A stretch of DNA of 32,414 nt from an uncultured Eubacteriales bacterium (GTDB lineage Bacteria > Bacillota > Clostridia > Oscillospirales > RGIG577): assembly GCA_964564795.1 (NCBI GenBank), contig CAZMCJ010000004.1, positions 1-32,414 of the forward strand. Reading direction: 5' to 3'. Below, one piece after another: positions 26,078 through 32,414 of the stretch. The notes under the pieces were generated by a model, which was not told the DNA's origin, ran no database searches, and was given only the letters and a program-made list of their open reading frames with translations. Every line of letters begins with the position of its first letter. Positions within the stretch are counted from its first letter, which is position 1. A program made the translations under genes and the position numbers.

Positions 26078-26965
26078 TTACTCTTTTACTTCGATATCCC
26101 CATACTCTTCGTAAAGTTTAATAACAGCAGAGATATCTTCCATTCCCAATCCCTTTGCGCGTGCTATTTCATAGGTTTGTTGTGCAACGTTGCCTAACAT
26201 TAGTGGCATTTTAAGGTCTTTTGCTGTGTCCACCGCAAGTTGCAAATCCTTGTACTGTAAATCAACCATAAATCCCGGCTTAAAGTTGCGCTTTGCAATA
26301 AAGTTTTCGTATTTTGCTGTTAATGCGTAAGATGAGCCTGAGCTTTCCTTGATAATATTATAAAGTATTTCCGGCTCGATTCCAGCCTTAACGCCAAGCG
26401 CCAACGCCTCACTCACTGCCACCATATTAACGCCCAAAAGCAGGTTATTAACAAGCTTAACGGTATCGCCCGCACCAACTGCGCCAACGTGGTTAACCTT
26501 TGTCCCAATACAGTTTAGAACAGGGAGCACCATTTCAAACTTTTCCTTATCGCCACCAACCATAATGGAAAGCGTGCCTTTTTCTGCCCCTATTGCGCCA
26601 CCACTAACCGGTGCGTCCAAAACTGTAACCCCTTTAGCCTCTGCCCTTTTTGCAATGTTTTGGATTGTCTTTGGTGTTATGCTGCTAAGGTCAACAATAA
26701 TTGCCCCCTCTTTAGCGCCCTCCAAAACTCCGTTTTTGCCTAGGATAACACCCTCAACAATTGCTGAGTTTGGTAGTGATGTAAAAATAACATCCTTGTC
26801 TTTTGCTAAATCGCAGCCAAGAACCTCTGATTTTGCACCCATTCCAACAAGCTCGTCAACCGCCTCTTTAACAAGGTCGGAAACTGTTACGTCAAAACCA
26901 TTTTTAACAATGTTAATTGCCATTCTTTTTCCCATAACGCCCAGTCCAATAAATCCTATTTTCAT
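26078..26965 (-). CDS. hgd: 2-(hydroxymethyl)glutarate dehydrogenase (3-hydroxyisobutyrate dehydrogenase family)
   Basis: 295-aa ORF with the Rossmann N-terminus MKIGFIGLGVMGKRMA and a beta-hydroxyacid dehydrogenase core (DAPVSGG, KLVNN). The specific assignment rests on context. Confidence 0.7.
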   Translation of the reverse strand: MKIGFIGLGVMGKRMAINIVKNGFDVTVSDLVKEAVDELVGMGAKSEVLGCDLAKDKDVIFTSLPNSAIVEGVILGKNGVLEGAKEGAIIVDLSSITPKTIQNIAKRAEAKGVTVLDAPVSGGAIGAEKGTLSIMVGGDKEKFEMVLPVLNCIGTKVNHVGAVGAGDTVKLVNNLLLGVNMVAVSEALALGVKAGIEPEILYNIIKESSGSSYALTAKYENFIAKRNFKPGFMVDLQYKDLQLAVDTAKDLKMPLMLGNVAQQTYEIARAKGLGMEDISAVIKLYEEYGDIEVKE

Positions 26966-26996
26966 AATTTTACTCCTTTATATTTGAATTTTTAGT

Positions 26997-27071
26997 CCTT
27001 ACCACATAAAAACCAACAATGTTTATTGGTTTTTATGTGGTAAGGCAAGGGAAAATTTCCCTTGCCTTACC
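26997..27071 (-). promoter_or_regulatory. Two overlapping, mutually exclusive perfect hairpins in the permease-hgd intercistronic gap
   Basis: Hairpin B has a 20-bp perfect stem, 26997-27016 with 27026-27045. Hairpin A has a 14-bp GC-rich stem, 27039-27052 with 27058-27071. Both need the 7-nt segment 27039-27045 (GGTAAGG on the plus strand). Confidence 0.6.
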
Positions 27072-27092
27072 ACTATATTGGGGGGATTGATA

Positions 27093-28136
27093 CTATAGAT
27101 CTAGTTTTTGATCTCCATCCTTAACCCAGCCAATTTTTCTGAAGAATCTGTCGAATCCCCAAGTTAGAACTGCAGGAAGAATAAAGCATATTAGCAAAAT
27201 TCCAATCCACATCATTGCTCCGCCTTCCATAGCTGCGATAACACCTAAAGGTCCAACAAGACCGGATGTACCCATTCCTGCACCGGTTGGGATGTTCTTC
27301 ATACCAAACACAACTGTTGCGATAGGGCCTGTAACTGCCGCCGCCAATGTTGGTGCAATCCAGATGCGTGGGTTTCTAACTATGTTACCAACTTGTAGCA
27401 TTGAAGTTCCTAGCCCTTGTGCAAAGAAACCGCCCCAGCCGTTTTCCTTGAAGCTTGCAACTGCAAAGCCCATCATTTGTGCACAGCAACCGGCTGTTGC
27501 AGCACCGGCAGCAAGGCCGCCAAGCTCAAGCATAATACAAAGTGCCGCAGAAGAAATTGGAAGAGTTAGCACGATACCAACAACAACGGATACAATGATA
27601 CCCATTGCTATAGGTTGCATTTCTGTTGCTAACATAACAATTTGGCCAAAGCCTCTCATAATTCCACCAACCATAGGACCAACAAGCATTGCAACTGTAA
27701 CACCGGCGATGATAGTAACAGTAGGAGTAACGATAATGTCAACCTTAGTTTCTTTAGAAACTAGTTTACCAAGCTCAACCGCAACGATTGTAGAAATAAG
27801 TGCGCTTAAAGGTCCGCCTTTACCAATTGCGTTACCAGCAAGACCAACTGCAGCAGCAGAGAACATAACAAGTGGCGGTGCCTTTAGTGCAAATGCGATT
27901 GCAACACCCATTGCAGGGCCTGTTGCCGCTTTTGCTTGGTTTGCAACCTCGATAAGGAAAGGAATGTTTAAGTTCTTACCAACCATATCCATAATTGTTC
28001 CAATAAGTAGTGATGCGAAAAGTCCAAGTGCCATTGTGCTCATTGCGTCAATAAAATAAGTTTTAACCGAGATTACTACACCTTTTCTCTTAAGAAAGCT
28101 CTCTTTCTTTTGAACATTTGCTCCGTTTTCTTGCAT
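27093..28136 (-). CDS. Polytopic membrane permease, PTS EIIC-like (PTS_EIIC_2-type, orphan); candidate nicotinate or 6-hydroxynicotinate carrier
   Basis: About 347 aa and highly hydrophobic, with blocks FIDAMSTMALGLFASLLIGTI, GPAMGVAIAFAL and GTSMLQVGNIVRNPRIW. I recall these from the short orphan EIIC family, and that recall is unverified. The ATG at 28136 lies 8 nt after AGGAGG. No EIIA, EIIB or HPr gene is in the window. Confidence 0.55.
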   Translation of the reverse strand: MQENGANVQKKESFLKRKGVVISVKTYFIDAMSTMALGLFASLLIGTIMDMVGKNLNIPFLIEVANQAKAATGPAMGVAIAFALKAPPLVMFSAAAVGLAGNAIGKGGPLSALISTIVAVELGKLVSKETKVDIIVTPTVTIIAGVTVAMLVGPMVGGIMRGFGQIVMLATEMQPIAMGIIVSVVVGIVLTLPISSAALCIMLELGGLAAGAATAGCCAQMMGFAVASFKENGWGGFFAQGLGTSMLQVGNIVRNPRIWIAPTLAAAVTGPIATVVFGMKNIPTGAGMGTSGLVGPLGVIAAMEGGAMMWIGILLICFILPAVLTWGFDRFFRKIGWVKDGDQKLDL

Positions 28137-28202
28137 AATCAAATCCTCCTAAAATATTATTATTTCATAAGCAAGGCACCCCTACCTTGCTTTTGACCAA
28201 AA

Positions 28203-30437
28203 TTATTTGTTAAGCTCGCGTAGCACATCCGTTGGTGTGATAGGAAGCTTATTAAATCTAACGCCAATTGCGTTTTCAATTGCACCCACAATAGCAGGAA
28301 TTATTGGAATAAGTGCCGGCTCTCCAACGCCCTTAGCGCCAAATGGTCCAGCCTCGCCCCCGCTTTCAACCACTATTGGGTAAATTTCAGGAATATCCAT
28401 TGATGTTGCCAGCAAATATTTAGAGAACATAGGATTTGTAATTCTGCCGTTTGTAACCTCAACTTTTTCAAAAAGCGCAAAACCTTGACCCATTACAACG
28501 CCACCCTCGATTTGACCTTCTACCATTTGCTTGTTAATTGCCTGGCCTACGTCGTGCGCAGAAACAACCTTTGTAAGGTATACTCTTCCTGTTTCTGTAT
28601 CCACCTCAACCTCTGCAACTGTTGTTGCATATGCATATGCCTCGTAAGGGATACCGCTCATATCAACAGGAGAAAGAAGTGTTGCATTTGGGTTGTATGA
28701 ACCTGCTCCAACAGCAAGCTTACCAAACTTCTTCATTTCTGCCATTAGGTCAATATAGCTCATCTTAATGCTATTGTCCTTTGCACTGAATATTTCGTTA
28801 TCTTTAAATATCAAGTCGTCCGCTTCTACTTTTAATACAGCAGACGCAACGCCCTTTAGTGTTTCCTTCGCCATTTTTGCTGCATTTCTGCTTGCATTAC
28901 CAGAGATAAATGTTTGTCTAGATGCGCTGGTTGCTCCACCCTCCGGTGTTACTGCCGTGTCTGCGGAGATAACGTTAACGTTATCATAAGAAACGCCAAG
29001 CTCCTCTGCAACAATTTGCGCCATAACAGTTGTTGACCCTTGACCGATATCCGCACAGCCAACCATAAGGTTAACCGAAGCATCATGCAAAACCTCAACA
29101 AAAGCAGCAGATGGGTTTGGAAGACCGGTGTTGCCAATTCCATACCACATTGAAGCAACGCTTCTGCCCTTAATGTTTTTATCCATAACTTCGTTTGCTT
29201 TAGCCTCTGCTTTGTCAAGTGTTTCTATAAGACCCATAGACTCAGTAAGAATTTGACCTGTTGCAATCTCACTACCAATCTTGTGGGCATTAATTCTTCT
29301 GATTTCATAGCCGTCCATATTAAGTGCCTTTGCAAGAGCATCCATTTGACCCTCGTGGCAAACTGCAATTTGTGGAACGCCGAACCCTCTAAACGCACCG
29401 CTCATTGGGTTGTTTGTGTAAACAAAGGTTGCATCAACCTTAACGTTTGGTATTTCATAAGGCCCTGTTGCATGAACCATTGCCCTTGTTATAACCGCAG
29501 GTCCGTAAGATGCGTATGCACCGGTATCACCCTCTATATAGCAATACATTGCAACCAATTTACCGTCTTTTGTTGCGCCTGTTTTTGCTGTCATCTTCAT
29601 TGGGTGACGTTTAGAGGAAACCATGTTAGATTCTTTTCTTCCCCTAACCATTTTAACCGGACGCTTTGTGTGGTAAGCAAGAAGTGCCATATGGCATTGA
29701 ACAGAAATATCAAGCTTTCCTCCAAAACCACCACCCGTTGTAAGCTGAACGCTTCTAACTTTGCTGTTTGGCATATTAAGCATTTTTGCAACTTCGCCTC
29801 TATCAAAGTGAGGATTTTGGGTGGAGCTATAAATTGTTATAATTCCATCTTCATACTTTGCAAGACCACCGTCCGGCTCAATATACATATGAGAAAGCAT
29901 TGCTGTTTCGTATGTGTTTTCCACAATAACGTCACATTTCTTAAACGCTTCATCTATTTCCATACCATGCGAAAGAACCTTCTTTTGCATTATATTGGTT
30001 GTTCCGATAATCTTTGGAGAATCCTCCTCCAACGCTCTTTCAACAGTTAAAATCGCTTCAATTTCTTCATACTCAATTGCAACCAGCTTTGCCGCTTCCT
30101 CTGCAATTTCCATTGTTTCTGCACCGATAACCGCAATAGCATCGCCATATCTTCTAACCTTGTCATCAACCAAAACCGGCTCATCTTTAAAAATAATACC
30201 AATTCTGTTGCTACCGGGAATATCCTTGCTTGTTAGCACTGCAACAACGCCCTCTAGAGCTTTTGCCTTTTCCAAATCAATACTTTTTATATAAGCAGAT
30301 GGAACTGTGCTTCTTACAACAACGCCATAAATCATATTTGGAATTTCCATATCTGCAGCGAAAACAGCCTTGCCCAAAACTTTATCCATAGCATCCTTTT
30401 TAAGGACGCTTTTGCCAATTACTGAAAAGTCTTTCAT
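28203..30437 (-). CDS. Molybdopterin-binding large subunit of a xanthine dehydrogenase-family hydroxylase, assigned as nicotinate dehydrogenase Mo subunit (fused NdhL+NdhM equivalent)
   Basis: About 744 aa counted from [10 protein letters not shown], with an RBS AAAGGAGG. It has the Mo-hydroxylase motifs TTGGGFGGK and [10 protein letters not shown], and the C-terminal catalytic Glu region AKGVGEPAL. Confidence 0.8.
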   Translation of the reverse strand: MKDFSVIGKSVLKKDAMDKVLGKAVFAADMEIPNMIYGVVVRSTVPSAYIKSIDLEKAKALEGVVAVLTSKDIPGSNRIGIIFKDEPVLVDDKVRRYGDAIAVIGAETMEIAEEAAKLVAIEYEEIEAILTVERALEEDSPKIIGTTNIMQKKVLSHGMEIDEAFKKCDVIVENTYETAMLSHMYIEPDGGLAKYEDGIITIYSSTQNPHFDRGEVAKMLNMPNSKVRSVQLTTGGGFGGKLDISVQCHMALLAYHTKRPVKMVRGRKESNMVSSKRHPMKMTAKTGATKDGKLVAMYCYIEGDTGAYASYGPAVITRAMVHATGPYEIPNVKVDATFVYTNNPMSGAFRGFGVPQIAVCHEGQMDALAKALNMDGYEIRRINAHKIGSEIATGQILTESMGLIETLDKAEAKANEVMDKNIKGRSVASMWYGIGNTGLPNPSAAFVEVLHDASVNLMVGCADIGQGSTTVMAQIVAEELGVSYDNVNVISADTAVTPEGGATSASRQTFISGNASRNAAKMAKETLKGVASAVLKVEADDLIFKDNEIFSAKDNSIKMSYIDLMAEMKKFGKLAVGAGSYNPNATLLSPVDMSGIPYEAYAYATTVAEVEVDTETGRVYLTKVVSAHDVGQAINKQMVEGQIEGGVVMGQGFALFEKVEVTNGRITNPMFSKYLLATSMDIPEIYPIVVESGGEAGPFGAKGVGEPALIPIIPAIVGAIENAIGVRFNKLPITPTDVLRELNK

Positions 30438-30453
30438 TACATTACCTCCTTTA

Positions 30454-30918
30454 CTATTTTTCGATAGCCATCTCAACAGCGTTGATTATTTTTGTGTAAC
30501 CTGTGCATCTGCAAAGGTTGCCCGAAAGTGCTCTTTTAATTTCGTCCCTTGATGGGTTTTTATTTTCTATAAACAATGCCTTTGCGGAAAGTATCATTCC
30601 CGGTGTGCAGTATCCGCATTGAACAGCGCCTGCGTCCAAAAACGCTTGTTGCAATCTATCTAGCTCGCCGTTTTTATAAAGCCCTTCAAGAGTAACAACT
30701 GTGCAACCGTCCACTTGACCTGCAAGCATAAGGCAAGAGGTAACAGCCTTATCATCAACTATTATTGTGCAGGCACCACATTCGCCCTCTGAGCACCCTT
30801 CTTTAACGCTTTTTATTCCAAAATCGTCACGAAGCATATCTATAAGCCTTTTGTTTGGTGCAATTTCCGCACTAACTTTTTCATAATTCAGTGTAAATTC
30901 AACTTTAATTTTTTCCAT
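30454..30918 (-). CDS. ndhS: [2Fe-2S]-binding small subunit of the Mo hydroxylase (nicotinate dehydrogenase small subunit)
   Basis: It has the plant-type motif CSEGECGAC...C, the second-cluster motif CGYCTPGM...CRCTGY, and is about 154 aa long. I prefer the ATG at 30918, 8 nt after the G-run RBS, over 30924. Confidence 0.85.
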   Translation of the reverse strand: MEKIKVEFTLNYEKVSAEIAPNKRLIDMLRDDFGIKSVKEGCSEGECGACTIIVDDKAVTSCLMLAGQVDGCTVVTLEGLYKNGELDRLQQAFLDAGAVQCGYCTPGMILSAKALFIENKNPSRDEIKRALSGNLCRCTGYTKIINAVEMAIEK

Positions 30919-30933
30919 GTGCATTTCCCCCCC

Positions 30934-31797
30934 TTAGTTAAAATCTTTTAGTATTTCATCAAACATTTTTCTTGCAGTACCTTTAACGCTCATCTTTTTG
31001 TAGGTAACGGAAGGTCTGTTACTTATGTTTGAGACTGCTGTTGTAAATAAATCAAGTGTGTTATAAAGGTTTTCCTTGTTAACAACCTTGCCTAGCAGTT
31101 GCTCTTCCACAAGTGGAACACGAATTGGGTGGGGTGCAACTGCACCTATAACCACTTGCGCCTTTGTGCATACTCCGCTTTCGTCCTTTTCTATAGCGCA
31201 CGCTGTTGATATAACAACGATTGCCAGCGACTCTCTCTTTGCAAGCTTAGAGAAGCTTGTTCTAACATTTTTTGTTGGTTCAGGGAAGGATATTTCCACC
31301 AAAAGCTCATCGCTTTCAATTTTTGTTCCTTGACCTTTTTCATTATTAAACTCAGTCAACTTAACTGTTCTTGTGCCTTTTTTTGATGCCAGAGTCAAGC
31401 TTGCATCAAGCGCAATAAGTGATGCAGGAGAATCTCCCGCAACAGATGCGTTGATAACGTTTCCTCCAATTGTTCCAAGGTTTCTAATTTGTGGCGAGCC
31501 TACTTGCACTGCCATTGTGTGCAAAATTTTAAGGTTGTTTTTAACATACTCGCTCTTCTCAAGCTCGGTAAATGTGGTCATTGGCCCAATTTTTACAGCG
31601 CCATCTTCCACCTTAATAAACTTAAGTTCTTCAATTTTGCTTATATCAACCATATTTCGCCCTTTTTCATGGCCCTCATTCAACTCAAGCACAACATCAG
31701 TTCCTCCTGCAACTATTGTTACACTTTCCTTTTTGTCGTTTAACACTTCAACCGCTTGTTCAATTGTCTTTGGCATAAAATATTCAAACTTTTTCAT
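30934..31797 (-). CDS. ndhF: FAD-binding subunit of the Mo hydroxylase (nicotinate dehydrogenase FAD subunit)
   Basis: 287-aa CoxM/XdhB-like protein with the FAD-binding motif IVAGGTDVVLEL...GTIGGN. It is the first gene of the cluster, with an RBS GGGAGG. Confidence 0.85.
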   Translation of the reverse strand: MKKFEYFMPKTIEQAVEVLNDKKESVTIVAGGTDVVLELNEGHEKGRNMVDISKIEELKFIKVEDGAVKIGPMTTFTELEKSEYVKNNLKILHTMAVQVGSPQIRNLGTIGGNVINASVAGDSPASLIALDASLTLASKKGTRTVKLTEFNNEKGQGTKIESDELLVEISFPEPTKNVRTSFSKLAKRESLAIVVISTACAIEKDESGVCTKAQVVIGAVAPHPIRVPLVEEQLLGKVVNKENLYNTLDLFTTAVSNISNRPSVTYKKMSVKGTARKMFDEILKDFN

Positions 31798-31831
31798 CTT
31801 TAGCCTCCCATACTAATTTTACTATAACTAT

Positions 31832-31860
31832 ATTATATCAATTTTGTACATTTTGCGAAA
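31832..31860 (-). promoter_or_regulatory. Candidate sigma-70 extended -10 promoter of the nicotinate cluster
   Basis: On the minus strand: TTCGCA, a 16-nt spacer, then TGaTATAAT (the TATAAT is the reverse complement of 31832-31837). The implied leader to the ATG is about 30 nt. Confidence 0.45.
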
Positions 31861-31907
31861 TATGCTACACAAATATTATTGCACATATTTAAGCAATCAT
31901 TTTATAC

Positions 31908-31951
31908 ATTTCCCACTAAACATTTCAAAAGTGAAATGTTTAGTGGGAAAT
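31908..31951. promoter_or_regulatory. Perfect 20-bp inverted repeat (4-nt spacer) in the divergent intergenic region; candidate operator or UAS
   Basis: ATTTCCCACTAAACATTTCA (31908-31927), then AAAG, then TGAAATGTTTAGTGGGAAAT (31932-31951). The two arms are exact reverse complements. Confidence 0.6.
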
Positions 31952-32006
31952 TATTATAAAAAATCACTTTTTTTAATATATTTTTTATAGCATTAAAAAA
32001 TTGCTC

Positions 32007-32035
32007 TTGCATTACAAAAAATAATGTGTTAAAAT
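32007..32035 (+). promoter_or_regulatory. Candidate sigma-70 promoter for the substrate-binding lipoprotein gene
   Basis: TTGCAT (32007-32012), a 17-nt spacer ending in TGt, then TAAAAT (32030-32035). Confidence 0.5.
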
Positions 32036-32087
32036 CCAGTTGTTATATTACTCAAAATATAACGAAATATTTAAATGAGGTGTATAC

Positions 32088-32414
32088 ATGAAAAAATTAA
32101 CTAGTTTTGTGCTAGCTGCAATTATGTCTTTAACATTGGTTGCTTGCTCTGCTCCAGCTCCCGCTCCAACGCCAACACCGGAACCACCAAAGGTTGAAAC
32201 TCCTTCACCCGAGGTAAAACCAGAGTTCTCTCCCATTACCCTAACCGACCACGCAGGACGAGAAGTTAAGGTCGAAAAAGAGTTTGATCGAATCGTTAGC
32301 GGATACTACATCACAACGTCCACACTTATTGCACTTGGTCTTGAAGACAAGGTTGTTGGGCTTGAGGCGAAAGCCAAATCCCGTCCCATTTACTCCCTTG
32401 CTGCTCCACAATTG
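32088..32414 (+). CDS. ABC transporter substrate-binding lipoprotein, siderophore/cobalamin (FhuD/BtuF-like) class; N-terminal part, runs off the right edge
   Basis: My own translation gives [95 protein letters not shown]... This shows a lipobox (LVAC), a Pro/Thr-rich linker, and then the block typical of periplasmic-binding-protein type 2 N-termini. GAGGTG lies 5 nt upstream. Confidence 0.75.
   Translation, partial: MKKLTSFVLAAIMSLTLVACSAPAPAPTPTPEPPKVETPSPEVKPEFSPITLTDHAGREVKVEKEFDRIVSGYYITTSTLIALGLEDKVVGLEAKAKSRPIYSLAAPQL

Noticed and set aside
27292-28059. 255-aa plus-strand ORF in the track, antisense to the permease gene
   Set aside because: It lies entirely inside the permease CDS on the opposite strand. 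Its Pro/Ala/Thr/Ile-rich low-complexity sequence is the expected mirror of a hydrophobic membrane-protein gene. It has no RBS and no recognisable motif.
29253-30050. 265-aa plus-strand ORF (plus 29914-30294 and 28768-28989) antisense to the Mo-subunit gene
   Set aside because: These ORFs are Cys/Asn/Phe-rich nonsense-like sequences nested within a CDS that carries clear Mo-hydroxylase motifs. There are no translation signals.
28203-31797. Reading the three-subunit Mo hydroxylase as xanthine/purine dehydrogenase or CO dehydrogenase
   Set aside because: There are no purine-catabolic genes (allantoinase or others) and no cox accessory genes. Instead the complete downstream nicotinate route follows on the same strand. 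Still, this is a context-based call that needs phylogeny.
31854-31869. Possible sigma-54 -24/-12 promoter for the cluster. The nearest look-alike, read on the minus strand, is TGTAGCATATTTCGCA.
   Set aside because: It lacks the GG of the -24 element and the TTGC of the -12 element at the correct spacing. I found no better TGGCAC-N5-TTGCW match by eye in 31798-32087, 28137-28202, 26966-27092 or 13666-13865. This was a manual scan only, so a PWM scan should confirm it.
31952-32087. Cobalamin riboswitch upstream of the BtuF/FhuD-like binding-protein gene
   Set aside because: The predicted promoter (32007-32035) leaves only a leader of about 45 nt. That is far too short for a cobalamin aptamer plus expression platform of about 200 nt.
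13866-32087. The nicotinate cluster as a mobile genomic island
   Set aside because: The window contains no integrase, transposase, tRNA attachment site or flanking direct repeats. I did not compute GC or codon statistics, so horizontal origin is neither supported nor excluded.
32048-32236. 62-aa minus-strand Gly-rich ORF
   Set aside because: It is the antisense of the Pro/Ala/Thr-rich linker of the plus-strand lipoprotein gene. That gene has a proper promoter, RBS, signal peptide and lipobox.

Overview
This is a 32.4 kb window from a low-GC, strictly anaerobic Firmicute-like (Clostridia-type) chromosome. I saw no rRNA, tRNA, CRISPR array or mobile element.

Left third (1-13.7 kb), core metabolism and housekeeping:
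- the end of a NuoE/NuoF-like (HydC/HydB-type) hydrogenase or NADH module
- an iron-containing alcohol dehydrogenase
- a gltX-glnS pair
- a small membrane-anchored orphan gene
- a tightly coupled zapA-U32-dut-maf operon
- a 1175-aa pyruvate:ferredoxin oxidoreductase

Right part (13.9-31.8 kb), 15 co-directional minus-strand genes. Together they match the anaerobic nicotinate fermentation pathway known from Eubacterium barkeri:
- nicotinate dehydrogenase FAD, 2Fe-2S and Mo subunits
- 6-hydroxynicotinate reductase
- enamidase
- 2-(hydroxymethyl)glutarate dehydrogenase
- B12-dependent 2-methyleneglutarate mutase with a MutL/GlmL-like reactivase
- 3-methylitaconate isomerase
- dimethylmalate dehydratase (two subunits)
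- dimethylmalate lyase

Points in this cluster that deserve a second look:
1. The linked sigma-54-EBP-like regulator keeps Walker A and the overall AAA+ layout. It has lost GAFTGA, the Walker B Asp-Glu, both arginine fingers and the sensor II arginine. No -24/-12 promoter is visible.
2. The pathway's serine-dehydratase-type 2-(hydroxymethyl)glutarate dehydratase (Hmd) is absent from the window.
3. The Mo subunit is one fused polypeptide rather than split.
4. An orphan PTS-EIIC-like permease sits inside the cluster.
5. A UPF0280/ApbE-like ORF is translationally coupled to the reductase.
6. There is a perfect 20-bp palindrome in the divergent promoter region.
7. There are mutually exclusive intercistronic hairpins.

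A partial lipoprotein ABC substrate-binding gene begins at the right edge. All family assignments come from motif and sequence recognition by eye; no searches were run.
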